From Octopus sinensis (lineage: Eukaryota): a stretch of DNA of 64,000 nt. Below the pieces are notes generated by a model. That model was not told the DNA's origin, ran no database searches, and worked only from the letters and a program-made list of their open reading frames with translations. Made by a program: the position numbers and the translations under genes. The stretch lies in NCBI RefSeq assembly GCF_006345805.1, contig NW_021832864.1, forward strand, positions 1-64,000. Reading direction: 5' to 3'. This document shows positions 11,897 through 24,647 of the stretch, piece after piece (positions within the stretch are counted from its first letter, which is position 1; each line of letters starts with the position of its first letter).

Positions 11897-12236
11897 GTGG
11901 AGGCGCAATGGCCCTGTGGTTAGGGCAGCGGACTCGCGGTCGGAGGATCGCGGTTTCGATTCCCAGACCGGGCATTGTGTGTGTGTGTGTGTGTGTGTGT
12001 TTATTGAGCGAAAACACCTAAAAGCTCCACGAGGCTCCGACAGGGGGTGGTGGCGACCCCTGTTTTACTCTTTCGCCACAACTTTCTCTCCACTCTTTCT
12101 TCCTGTTTCTTGAGTAACGCTGCGACGGACTGGCGTCCCGTCCAGCTGGGGGGAAAACATACGCCACAGAAACAAACAAAACCGGGCCCATGAGCCTGGC
12201 TAGGCTTAAAAAAGGGCGACGTGTATCGTTTTATCG
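11897..12236 (+). mobile_element. tRNA-derived SINE (family C)
   Basis: GGAGGCGCAATGGCCC.GTGGTTAGG head, GGTTTCGATTCCC B box; TSD TTTATTCCA(G/A)TAAT at 11883-11896 and 12237-12250. Confidence 0.85.
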
Positions 12237-12631
12237 TTTATTCCAATAATAACTGGTGTCCTTGATTTTATGAGTAAATCACTAAGTAACAATCGGATAA
12301 GGTAGGGTTTTCAGGAAAATAAATCAATGAACTAACTCGCACATTACAAATATAATCTGTAAGTGGAACAGTGGAAATATGCAAGATTTTTCTTAAACTT
12401 AAAATGTGACTTTGGTTTTGTTATCTACGTTCCAACAATGGAACTTTGTATCTTTGTTAGAAACCAAAGACACAAATAATTGAAAACAGGCGAGAACATA
12501 CATACATATACGCACGCACACACACACATACACACGTATACATATAAATAACAAATTACATTAATTCACTTACTATATATATATAAGCAATAATAAATCT
12601 CTGAACGAGATGTAAACACTAACCGCTCGAC

Positions 12632-12751
12632 AACGTAAAGTATACTAGCCATCTCAATATGGCTAACCACTAAGGGTGGGTGGGGGCTAAAAGCTTCAGT
12701 AACATCCAACCTTAGTGGTTAACCATATTGAGATGGCTAGTATATTTTACG

Positions 12752-12753
<2 letters not shown>
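12632..12753. repeat. 48-bp inverted repeat with 26-nt spacer next to (TA)n
   Basis: AACGTAAAGTATACTAGCCATCTCAATATGG... (12632-12679) pairs with 12706-12753, three mismatches. Confidence 0.85.
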
Positions 12754-12787
<34 letters not shown>

Positions 12788-13933
12788 GGACAATCAACAC
12801 AATATATATATATATATATATATAATATATATTATATATATATCTAAATGGACTATCAACACAATGTGAACTGACGTATTGTATGGTACTGGATGTGTGT
12901 GTTTGGAAGAAGAAACTAGAAAGCAACGACCAGTGTTGGAAGGGTGGAGAATATTCGCTGATGGAGAAATTATAATGAATGGGGTTTGTGTGTGTGTGTG
13001 GGGGGGGGTGAGAGCAATAATAAATATGATACGAAAGGAAATTTGATAGAAACTGAAAACAAAACTACGTGGAAAGTACTAAAGTTTATGCGGTATAAAG
13101 ATAAAACTTAACAGTGTGATCTACTAAACCGCATGATTGAAAAAAAAAAAAATTAATAATAATAATAAAGTAACAAAAACCGCTTGGATTTCAAAAGAAC
13201 TTGTTTCGTTTCCATCGCACATAAAGAAAAAAAAAGTAGAATTAAGAAGATGAAAGAGATTTAGAAAACTGGGTGTTACATTGTGAAAGTTTTCCTCTTG
13301 TGCAGTCATGCAAGGGTAGCTGAAGTGAATTACTTGGTAGTCTGGGTCTAATAGGATTCCTGAGAATGATTGATAAAAATGCACGATGGCGATTCTGTGA
13401 TTGATTCTTGTAATAACTTTGTGAAATAAATACGGGTTGATAGAAAGGAAGGAATTCACTCAGTGTTGTATAAATTCAGATAGGACAGAACACACTAAAA
13501 GAATAAGATATGGGAGTTATGATTGGATTTTGAAATGATACGGCGGTGCCCCAGCATGGGCACAACCTCTGCCTGAAAGCAATAGCAATAATAGAATTAT
13601 ATGTGCCGACCAAAAGGCCATATTTATTTTTAGAAAATGTTTCTAAAAAAAAAAAAAAAAACAACAAACAAACCAAAAGACAAATATCAGTAGATTATTG
13701 ATAAAATCTGTTCTAATAAAACAAAGACAAAAATGAGAAATCCCCCAACCATTCAAAACAAAAAAAAAAAAAACAAACAAAAAAACTCAACTCAAACAAA
13801 AGAAAAACACCAACAATTCATGTAAAACAACAAAAGAAACTAAGAACATACTAATAATTAGCTTTTGCGATGCGTGAAACCAAGTGAGAAGAGATCCATC
13901 GGGAGAGGATTGTTCGCGTGGTTGGTATGTTTG

Positions 13934-14102
13934 GTGGCGAGCTCGCAGAATCGTTAGCACGCCGGGCGAAATGCTTAGCAGTATTTCGTCTGCCGCTACG
14001 TTCTGAGTTCAAATTCCGCCGAGGTCGACTTTGCCTTTCATCCTTTCGGGGTCGATAAATTAAGTACCAGTTACGCACTGGGGTCGATGTAGTAAAGAAA
14101 TA
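13934..14102 (+). mobile_element. SINE family A, internally deleted
   Basis: Family A head and centre; TSD GGTATGTTTG at 13924-13933 and 14103-14112. Confidence 0.9.
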
Positions 14103-14476
14103 GGTATGTTTGAATATGAAAGATTCATTTAAATTGTTTCTGATTTAGGTACGAAGCCTCCAACAATTTTAAGGCGGGTAAGACAGGCGATTAGTAGTTA
14201 CTATCAACCCTATAACTCGGTTTGTACTTTATTTCGTGGACCTCGGAAGTTTGAAAGGAAAACTTTGACGACGGTAAGATTTGAACCCAGAACGTAACGA
14301 TCGGTAAAAAATACGGTACAGTATTTTATCTTTTTTGTACGTTCAGATGTCAAAACACAAAAAAAAAAGTGCAAAAATTCTCTGCGGAATTGTCGGTCAG
14401 TCGCGAACAGGGCGCTCCCCCCACCCCCAGTCCTTTTCTGTCCTAAGGTTACGTATATTTGGGATCTTACTGACAG

Positions 14477-14489
14477 CTACTGCTGCTGT

Positions 14490-14525
<36 letters not shown>

Positions 14526-14617
14526 AACAACAACAACAACAACAACAACACAACACAACAACAACAACAACAACAACTACTACCATCACCATCACCACCA
14601 CCACCACCACCACCACC

Positions 14618-14668
<51 letters not shown>

Positions 14669-14712
14669 GCTGCTGCTGTTGCTGCTAATGATGATGATGA
14701 TGATGATGATGA
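14477..14712. repeat. Compound trinucleotide repeat (TAC/AAC/CAC/TGC/TGA)
   Basis: Directly visible. Confidence 0.9.
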
Positions 14713-15222
14713 TAAAAACATAATTATTATTATAGCAATCGTTTTATTTATTTGTCAGAAAAGGTGGTTAATAGGTCACCATTGTAAAGACCCTTTATAT
14801 AAACGGTAGAGGTTTTCACAAAAACGATGTGAAGAGAAGAACCTGCATGAACAAAAAAAAAACAAAAAAAAAACAAAAAAAAACAAAAAAAAAAGAAAAG
14901 AAAAAAAAACAATGGTTTAATAATAATAAAGAAAACAGATATGAATACATTTCAGTTGGGGAAACAGTTGGGACGTAAGGGCTGAACAAGGTGAAGCGCA
15001 GAAGGAAGGATTGAATGGTATGAATAATATGAGTCATGTTTGCATGTTTATATATAATTCTTGCCAACAGAGAAAGAGAGCCGGTTCATTGGAATTTATT
15101 CAACATCAATTAGTAAATGATGTATGGTTCTACCGGTTTCATTCCGCGAATTTCTCTTCAATCGAAAAAAGAGCCGGTTTTCAGCCAGGAAATATTGAAA
15201 TACATACATACATACATAAATA

Positions 15223-15278
<56 letters not shown>

Positions 15279-15295
15279 ATATTATATATATATAT

Positions 15296-15400
<105 letters not shown>

Positions 15401-15411
15401 ATATATATTAA

Positions 15412-15462
<51 letters not shown>

Positions 15463-15624
15463 GGTTCTTTCATGAATATATTTTATATTCCTTTGGATTA
15501 TTTTACTTTTCTTTCTTCTTTTCCATTGCAAACTTCAAGCCGGTTGATAAATAGTGAAAGGCTCTTTTAAGTCAAGACAGCTCTTGTGGTTTATGGATAT
15601 ATAAATTAGAAACTATGCATATAT

Positions 15625-15685
<61 letters not shown>

Positions 15686-15747
15686 ATATTATATATATAA
15701 TATATATATATATGTATGTATGTATATATATATATATACATATATAT

Positions 15748-15910
15748 GTAGGTCCCGGGTTGATTCGGGGTTAACCACAGTAAATAAGGTACTCAATACA
15801 TAGCAGAGTAAAATTAATTTATTATATAGAAGGAGCTTCTACAGGACTAGAACTGTTTCATTCAAGAGGAACAGTTCTAGTCCTGTAGAAGCTCCTTCTA
15901 TATAATAAAT
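15748..15910. mobile_element. Second copy of the fold-back element in (TA)n
   Basis: Same 5' portion as 2505; perfect 41-bp arms 15817-15857 and 15870-15910 with a 12-nt loop. Confidence 0.65.
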
Positions 15911-16212
15911 ATATACATATATATATATATATTACAAGTTGCGTGCGCATTCATATATATATGTATCTATGTATGTATCTATGTATCTATACATACATAC
16001 ATATATATATATATATGTGTGTATTTGTGATTGCGTGCGTGTATGCTTGCATGAATGCTTATAGACATATATGCACATACCTATGTAAGTTCACAAGCAT
16101 GCATATGTATTAGCATGGATGTTTTTATTCCTGTAACTGCGCGCGCACGCAAATACATCCATTTGCATGTCATCACGTTTGCGTAGGCACTTACTAAATT
16201 ATAGACCGCTGG

Positions 16213-16483
16213 TGTGCTTTACATATTTTCACAATACCTTTACTGTCTTGTATCAGTAATTTCCTTGATAGCCGTATTTTTTTCTGGTCTTGTGAAGCCC
16301 AACTTCTCAAGAATGGTGCTAAGGAAGTTTGTTAAATCTCCAACTGCTTCAATAATTTCAAATATAAACCTAGCGCAACGGTCCTCATGCAGTTGCTACA
16401 GATTATTTATTAGTTCAGCGTATATGTTCTCCTTTTTGCTAATATATAACGTTGTTTGCATTTGGTGGGCAAGTGAGTTCCAT
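16213..16483 (-). mobile_element. R4-like (restriction-like endonuclease) non-LTR retrotransposon 3' fragment
   Basis: Decayed peptides MELTCP, ISKKENIYAELINNL, LEKLGF, GIVKICK resemble the REL C-terminus. Confidence 0.6.
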
Positions 16484-16492
16484 TTGCTGTGC

Positions 16493-16493
<1 letters not shown>

Positions 16494-16523
<30 letters not shown>

Positions 16524-16581
16524 TGTATGTACATATGTATGTACGTATGTATGTATGTATGTATGTACGTATGTATGTTTG

Positions 16582-16617
<36 letters not shown>

Positions 16618-17216
16618 TGTATGTATGTATGTATGTACGTATGTATGTATGTATGTATGTACGTATGTATGTACATATGTATGTACGTACGTATGTATGT
16701 ATGTACGTATGTATGTATGTATGTATGTATGTATGTATGTATATATGTATGTTGTATGTATGTATGTATGTATGTATGTATGTATGTATGTATGTACGTA
16801 TGTACGTATGTATGTACATATGTATGTATGTATGTACATATGTATGTACGTATGTATGTATGTATGTATGTATGTATGTATGTATGTATGTATGTTGTAT
16901 GTATGTATGTATGTCTGTGTGTATGTATGTATGTGTGTGTGTATGTCTATGTGTGTATGTATGTATGTATGTATGTATGTATGTACGTACGTATGTATGT
17001 ATATATGTATGTATGTATGTATGTACGTATGTATGTATGTATGTATGTATGTATGTATGTATGTATGTATGTATGTATGTATGTATGTATGTATGTATGT
17101 ATGTATGTATGTATGTATGTATGTATGTATGTATGTATGTATGTATGTACGTACGTACGTATGTATGTATGTACGTATGTATGTATATATGTATGTTTGT
17201 ATGCATGCATGTATGT
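16494..17216. repeat. Long (TATG)n microsatellite, ~720 bp
   Basis: Directly visible; source of several spurious YVCM/HTYI ORFs. Confidence 0.95.
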
Positions 17217-17697
17217 CATTCAGTTTTATTTCGAGATTTCTTGCCAATAGAGAAAAAGTAGGTTTCTAACCGAGATCCTAGGCTCCTTCATTGAAATTTC
17301 AACAACATCAACAGGGTATTTTTGTATGTATGTATGTATGTATGTATGTATGTATGTATGTATGTATGTATGTATGTATGCATGTATGTATCTATGCATG
17401 CATGTATGTATGTATGTATGTATGTATGTATGTATGTATGTATGTATGTATGTATGTATATGTGCAGATTTGCATATTTTGTTTTATGTATGTATTCTCA
17501 TGCATATACTTGCATATGTGGATATGTTCATATATACTTCTGGAAAGTTTTACAGAATTTTACAGTTCCTGTGATGGTTTGAATCTGTAGTCTTCGAATC
17601 AGCTTTCTTCTTTCTGGCTTTGAGATGCCAAATTTCTCAAGATTGTATTTAGGCAGTGTGTTACATATCTCAGTGCCTCAATAATGACAGGTATAAC
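17217..17697 (-). mobile_element. R4-like non-LTR retrotransposon 3' end with (CATA)n tail
   Basis: Minus-strand IPVIIEAL..NLEKFGISKPERRKLIRRLQIQTITGTVKFCKTFQKYI; 3' UTR ends AAATAAAACTGAATGA then (CATA)n. Confidence 0.65.
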
Positions 17698-17849
17698 CCT
17701 GTATGTATGTATGTATGTATGTATGTATGGTTGTATGTATGTATGTATGTATGTATGTATGTATATATGTATGGTTGTATGTATGTATGTTTGTGTGTAT
17801 GTATGTATGTATGTATATTTGTATGTATGTATGTATGCATGTATGTATG

Positions 17850-17883
<34 letters not shown>

Positions 17884-17938
17884 TGTATGTATGTATGGTT
17901 GTATGTATGTATGGTTGTATGTATGTATGTATGTATGT

Positions 17939-19500
17939 CTTGGGTATAACTTTAAATTGCGTCCAGTTGTGGACCTCTGGATCGGGAGTACCAGAGTTGC
18001 GAAACTACTTCATATCCACTATTGTTCCCAGCTGTGGGTTAACTAGCATATGTAATAACAACCCATGTGAGTGCGGGAACGCAGAAATGCCCTTGGTTGG
18101 TGTCAGAGCAAGCAGTAAAACCATTGGGAGTGGGTGATCTTGAGATCTTGCCACAGCATCTTTCTAGGAGACATCTGGTCATATTCTTAATTTGACCCGG
18201 TTTAACTGCATAGCAAAGACTTTCAAAATACTTGTTAGAGAATTACATTATGCTGATGATGCCGATTTGTTGGCACACTGAAACGGGGATATGCAACATT
18301 TAATGGACAGATTATCCACTCCATGTGTACATTTCGGATTCAGTTTGGGGAAAATCAAAGTAATGTTTACTCCCGTGACAGGACAAACATATTCTGAACT
18401 AAAAAATTTTGTGAATGCAACAAGGTTAGAAGTCGTTGAAACCTTTGTTTACCTAGGAAGCACACTGCCAAGAGATAGTAATCTTGATGCAGAGATATAC
18501 AATCAAATAGGGAATAGAAGTGTTGCGTTTGGAAAGCTCGAAAAGCGAGTATGGGCAGATAGAGGTATTTCCCTGCAGACAAAAATCAGTGTCTATAAAG
18601 CGTGTGTAGTGTCTGCACTTTTTTTTTATTCAAGTGAGACATGGACCACTTACAAGCATCACATAAAAATGCTGGAGAGATTTCATCAAACGTGCCTCAG
18701 TCGTATCTTAGGATTTAAGTGGGAATGTTTCATACCAGATACAGAGGTCTTGCGCATGGCACGTTGCAGTTCAATTGAACAACATGTTATATTGGCTCAA
18801 ATGAGATGGACTGGTCATGTTATTAGAATGAAAGGTGAGCGTTTGCCAAAGCGTCTTTTTTTTATGGTGACCTCAACTCTGGTAAGCGACCACAACATAA
18901 GCCGAGGAAAGTGAATGAAGTCTGTGTGAAAGAAAACCCAACGAAACTAGATATGAACAAAAGTGATTGGGAAAATGATACGCTAGAGCGGAACAAGGGG
19001 AGAGGTGCTGTTAAGATTGGTTGTAATGCCCGGGAGGAAAAGATGATTCAGCTCTCTGAACTTAAAAGGACGTGTCGTAAAGGGACAATTAGAACTGTAA
19101 TCAACAGTGAACATTGGCTATGTATTATGTGTGATCGTGTTCTGTAGTGAAAAGCAGGATACGTGAACCATATGAAGTCACATGAAAATCGTAATGCCCA
19201 GATAGGTAATAACCTTGAACACTAACCACCTCTTACAACTTGTGTCATATGTCAAAAAACAGCATCTGGACTTAAAAGACATATGCTAGTTCACAAAAAG
19301 CATTCCTTCAGAATCAAATTCCAAAGGGCAAAGATATAGAAGAAATTTAAATAATATGTCACTTGTGTTTTAAACCCTTTCGGTCAGCAGCTAGTCTTAA
19401 GAGTCATCTAAGGGCTCATCAACAGAGTGATTGTACTGTGCGATGGGGTGTGGTGTGTGTGCTGATGGGACGGCTATCGTCTCTCAAGATGAAGCAATCA
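17939..19500 (+). mobile_element. Decayed RTE-clade LINE (RT C-terminal half plus C2H2 fingers)
   Basis: RELHYADD (YADD 18249-18260), FVYLGS, SETWT, MRWTGHVIRM, RLPK; stops and frameshifts; C2H2 motifs at 19121-19183, 19241-19294 and 19357-19419. Confidence 0.9.
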
Positions 19501-19511
19501 TGTATGTATAT

Positions 19512-20020
19512 ATGTTCTTTTTCTCTTTTTAATTGGGAGTAAGGTTTGGCCGGTGACCTACTTGATTGCAAGTTTGTAAAGGAAAGTATCTTGTTTTGAC
19601 CATCATTCTTTAAATCTTAAGATTTGAATCTTGGATTTTAGTAAAGTTTGCATATTTTCACTGTTCCACTTACAGAAAGGGTCTTTGCAATTCGAGTTAG
19701 ATGATTTCTTTCCGAATCTGAACACCCCAGCTTTTTTAAAGACTAATACCAAAATACTTAGTATTTACGTACATATAAATATATAACATGATTCAAGCTG
19801 CTTATGGGTGTGAGTACTCATATATATTTATAGTTCAGGTGGAAAAGTTGCAAGATTCGTACCTGTTGCCCGTAAATGTTCTTTTAGCTAATTTTTAAAG
19901 AAATGGCCCAAAACACTGGGCATCTGACTGCCACACACTTTTCACACTTGTTAATCTTCAACAACTACAAATTCTTGCATTTAGTGGAAATTTTAATGAG
20001 AATCTTCCACCAATAATTTT
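19512..20020 (-). mobile_element. Third R4-like REL-domain fragment
   Basis: WWKILIKISTKCKN, CVAVRCP, KENIYGQQVRILQL, SVSGTVKICK; homologous to 16213-16483 and 17217-17697. Confidence 0.6.
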
Positions 20021-20318
20021 TCTCTTGGCCTTTGGTCTTCAAAAAGGCAGCTTTTCCTATAGAAGGCCACGAATCAGCGAAGTCGTTAAGAACGTTGAAT
20101 AAAATACCTCACGGTATTTGTTCTGACTCTCTGCAAACTGAGTTCAAATCTCGCAGAGATCAACTTTATCTTTTATCCTCTCGGTGGCTATAAAAGTGTA
20201 TCAAGCCAGAGCAGTGGGTTGGCGGAACATTTTCGGGATCAGGTGAGAGATACCCTGCAGTATCTGTTCCAGATCTTTGCATCCTGACAGCAACGGCTGC
20301 AACGGTACTAGTGTTAAG

Positions 20319-20547
20319 TGGCGAGCTAGCAGAAACGTTAGCACGCCGGGCAAAATGCTTAGCAGTATTTCGTCTGCCGCTACGTTCTGAGTTCAAATTC
20401 CGCCAAGGTCGACTTTGCCTTTCATCCTTTCGGAGTCGATAAATTAGGTAACAGTTACGCACTGGGATCGATATAATCGACTTAATCCGTTTGTCTGTCC
20501 TTGTTTGTTCCCTCTGTGTTTAGCCCTTTGTGGGCAGTAAAGAAATA
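20319..20547 (+). mobile_element. SINE family A
   Basis: TSD GGTACTAGTGTTAAG at 20304-20318 and 20548-20562. Confidence 0.9.
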
Positions 20548-21401
20548 GGTACTAGTGTTAAGCTGTTTCTACCAAAGTCGGTGGATCTTCCCTCGGATAA
20601 CCATCGGTGGTGTAGAGACGTAAAACTTGGATGCATGGGAAACTACCAGTCTCCTTACCACACAAAAAGAAAACATTTTGCTCAGGCTTGCGCATACATA
20701 TGCAGATACACGGTTCTTTGTATATTGTTTTAGCAGTAATGTCATGTGGTTCGTATGAGAAAGCAATAACTTAAGGACATTTCTAACCAGCTGTTGCACT
20801 GATAACAACATATATCTTAAACATTAATGACATTTTCAGTCTTATCTTGAGAACTGAAGGGCTTCGATGTTTCTTTTCTTCAACAAGTCTTTTGTAATTA
20901 ACATTTTGCTCTTTGATTTAAAGAAAATAACCCCCTTCGAAGTGTGACGTCACGTAACGGTCGCGAGTTCAAATCTACAGGAAAAGACTTAATTCTTGTA
21001 AAACAGAAACAGTGTGTATTCAATAGGGTAGTAGTGTGGGTTGCGGAGAGGGTGCATCATTTGTATTATTACTGCCTTATAAAGGTGGCGAGCTGGCAGA
21101 ATCGTTAGCTTGCCGGACAAAAATTCTTAGCGGCATTTTGTTCGTCTTTACGTTTTGAGTTCAAATTTCGCCGAGGACAACTTTGCCTTTCATCATTTCG
21201 GGGTCCTTGTGCCAAAATTTGAGATCTTTATTATTACTTTATAAGGCGACGAGCTGGCTGAAGCATTAGAACGTCGGAAGAAATATTTTGCAGTATTACT
21301 TCTGGCTCTTTACGTTCAAATACCACCGTTGTCTGCTTTGCTTTTCATCGTTCGGGGGTCGAGAAAATAGTGTATTATTTGGATATTAGGATTGATGGTG
21401 T

Positions 21402-21700
21402 GGAGGCATATGACCTAGTGGTTAGAACAGCGGACTCACGGTCGCAGGTCCGAATTTCAGACCGGGCGATGTATGTGTTTATGAGCGAAACACCTAAGCT
21501 CCGACGAGGCTCCGGCAGAAGGTAATGGCGAACTTCTGCTGACCCTTTCGCCACAACTTTCTCTCACTCTTTCCTCCTGCATTTTGCAGCTCACCTGCGA
21601 CGGACCGGCGTTCCGTCCGGGTGGGGAACCTATACGCCAAAGAAACCGGGAAACCGGCCCTTATGAGCCAGGCATGGCTCGAGAAGGAAAACAAAACAAA
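21402..21700 (+). mobile_element. SINE family C
   Basis: Homologous to 4805-5283 without the internal insertion; (AAAAC)n tail. Confidence 0.8.
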
Positions 21701-22149
21701 AAAAAGATGGTATCAATTAACCGCCTCCCCTTAAAAATTTTTAACTTTGTGCATAAATCAGAAATTATTTTTATTACTACCTTATTTTGAAATTGTGTAC
21801 CTGAGCAAATGCATACGCTACGCCACTGTATATGCTCTGGTCCTATAGAAAAGTCAACCAACTCCTCACTATGTATAGAAAGTGACGCAGAAATAAGGGA
21901 AAATAACCTGTCGTGTTCCTGAAATAATTACAGAACGTGCCTTTTATTCAGTTCCACATTACTGACTTAATTGCTGCAAATTCATAAAATTACTAACCAA
22001 TTCCAGAAAATAAGCAATACCTTGCTGAATAAGACCAAAGCATATTCATAGATGTTCCTTTCTTGCAAAGATTAGATTCCGCATCCCACCGCTATGGTTG
22101 CAAAATAATTTTGAGAAATTAATTATGTATTGCAGTATTTACGATGCTA

Positions 22150-22336
22150 AATGTATGTTCTGCAGTGTTTGTTGGTGACTGTGGTGTTGTTGAATGTATT
22201 GTACTGTAGTGTCTACATTGGTGATTGTGGTGTTTTTAAACGTATGTACTGCAGTGTCTATGCCGGTGACTGTGGTATTATTGAATGTATGTACTGTTTA
22301 CGTATATATGCCGGTGATTGTGGTGGTGTTGAATGT
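22150..22336. repeat. Degenerate ~45-bp minisatellite, about four units
   Basis: Recurring ATGTA(T)GTACTGCAGTGT...GGTGA(C/T)TGTGGTGTT.TTGA. Confidence 0.7.
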
Positions 22337-23255
22337 TGAGAATCTTAATTCTATTTCCTGATTGAACTCGTTTTATTATGCTTTTTTTTATGTTCGTATT
22401 AGTGTTTATGTTCGGCGTTGTCTATTTCTAATTCGACCCGTTCCAACTGATATATGAAGAAAGGTGTTACAGCTACGAACATCTCACGGTTTTACTGTTA
22501 TGCCATAGTCTGCATTATCTAAAATATCCTCTCCTTTTTTTTTATTAAGATAGCTTTTTAAGGGAATTTTGGATGCATTTTGGCTGGTAGAGTATCACGT
22601 AGAAACTCTCCATTGGGTCGCTTTGTTGATAGGGATGGTAGAAGTAAAGATGTTAGTGTTGTTAGCGGTGGTGGTGTTAGCGTTGGTGGTGTTAGCGTTG
22701 GTGGTGTTAGCGTTGGTGGTGTTAGTGGTGGTAGTATCATGGGTAGTGGTGGTACTGCAAGTGGTGGTGTTAATGGTGGTAGTATTGGCGGTGTTACAAG
22801 TTGTGGTATTAATGGTGGTGGTGGTGTTGGTGTTAATGGGGTTGGTGTTAGTTGTGGTGGTCTTAGTGGTGATGGCGGGCGTAGTTATGGTAGTGCTAAT
22901 GGTTGTGGCGTTAGTGTTGGTGGGGATTTATGGTGGTGGTGGTTGCAACGGTGTTAGTAGTGTTTGTTGTGTTAATAGTGGTGGAGTTGGTTGTGATGGT
23001 ATTAGTGTTGGTGGTTTGTGGTATTGATGACAGAAGTGATATTGGTGGTTTCCAACCTGAGATCTCCAGGTTATTGTTGGGGCGATGGCGGAGATGGTGG
23101 TGGGACGATATTGAGGAGCAGATGTCATTACCTGGCTGCAAGGCTGTGGGGCATTATAGTATTATTTAGTGGGTTCTCAACCAGTGTCCATATGACCCTC
23201 GGGGTTCATATGATCCTTGAGAGTCCATATGACCCTTGAAGGTTCATATAAGATT

Positions 23256-23571
23256 TTATACAATATTTACATTATTTACATTCGACGGATATTTGTCCAC
23301 ATCTTGTTTGTTGTTAACACAACATTGCGGCTGATACACCCTCCAGCCTTCTTCAGGTGTCTTGCGGAAATTTCGAACCTGGGTTCTCATTCCTAAGGTA
23401 TTTTTTGATATTATTATAATTATTATTATTATTATTATTATTATTATGATTATTATTATCATCATTATTATTATTATTATCATTATTATTAGTGTTCAGG
23501 TCACTGCTTGGAATCGAACTCGGAATCTTGGGGTTAGTAGTCGGCGCTCTTAACCACTACGCCATATGCCC
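23256..23571 (-). mobile_element. tRNA-headed element with (TAA)n spacer and hammerhead-containing Penelope-like tail
   Basis: A box TGGCGTAGTGG (23564-23554), B box GAGTTCGATTCC (23521-23510), hammerhead-like motif 23360-23317; inverted partial tail copy at 23653-23721. Confidence 0.65.
23317..23360 (-). ncRNA. Degenerate minimal hammerhead motif
   Basis: ACAC-CUGAAGA-A-GGCUG(10 nt)CAGCC-GCAA-UGUU-GUGU; GCAAU in place of the expected GAAAC. Confidence 0.55.
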
Positions 23572-23614
23572 ATGGGCAGTATATACATAAGCAGTCTTTC
23601 TCTTTCTCCTTAAC

Positions 23615-23657
<43 letters not shown>

Positions 23658-23844
23658 TACCCGTCGAATATAAATCATGTAAATAATGTACAGAATTCGG
23701 CATCTCTTAAATATAGAACTGTAGCATTTAAGATTTCGTTGTAAAAATTTTAAGTTCAATAAATTGGCTTTATTTCTATAATACATAAAAGATTTTAACA
23801 AATTTTTAAAATTAGAATTCTTAATGATATTCCATTTATAATGA

Positions 23845-24403
23845 CAGGCGTGGCTGTGTGGTAAGAAGTTTGTTTCTGAAAAACATGGTTCCGGGTTCAG
23901 TTCCACTGTCTGGCACTTTGGGCAAGTGTCTTCTACTACTGCGTCGCGCCGATCAGAACTCTATGAGTGGAAACTGAAAGAAGCCCGTCGTATATGAATA
24001 TATATTCCTTTACTTGTTTCAGTCATTTGCCTGTGGCCATGCTGGAGCACTGCCTTTAGTCGAGCAAATCGACCCCAGGACTTATCCTTTGTAAGCCTAG
24101 TACTTATTCTATCGGTCTCTTTTGCCGAAACGCTAAGTTACGGAGAGGTAAACACACCAGCATCGATTGTCAAGCGATGTTGAGGGGACAAACACAGACA
24201 CACAAATACACACACACACACACATACATATATACGATGGGTTTCTCTCAGTTTCCGTCTACTAAATCCACTCACAAGGCTTTGATCGGCTCTAGGCTAT
24301 AGTAGAAGACACTTGCCCAAGCTGCCACGCAGTGGGACTGAACCCGGAACTATGTGGTTGGTAAGCAAGCTACTTACCACACAGCTACTCCTACGCCATA
24401 TTA

Positions 24404-24451
<48 letters not shown>

Positions 24452-24647
24452 TAGTGTGTGTGCGTTTGTCCCCTATCACAGCTTTACAACCGTTGTTGGT
24501 GTGTTTACGTCCCCGCAACAGCAGTTCGGCAAAAAATGGGAGGGGAGATGTAATAAGTACCAGGCTTAAAGATAAGTACTTGGATCTTCAAGGCGGTGCC
24601 CCAGTATGGCCACAGTCTAATGACTGAAACAAGTAAACAGTAAAAGA
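23845..24647 (+). mobile_element. SINE family B interrupted by an inverted family B copy (24005-24397, minus strand)
   Basis: Head and core 23845-24000, 3' part 24455-24647; the inverted copy sits in the internal (TA)n. Confidence 0.8.

Noticed and set aside
16214-17269. 351-aa and overlapping YVCM-repeat ORFs
   Set aside because: The (TATG)n array plus antisense retroelement sequence
21815-21828. GCTACGCCACTG as a DNA transposon terminus
   Set aside because: No matching left end or TSD found
22569-23027. Gly/Val-rich ORFs resembling structural proteins
   Set aside because: Degenerate (GGT)n low-complexity tract with no splice or domain support
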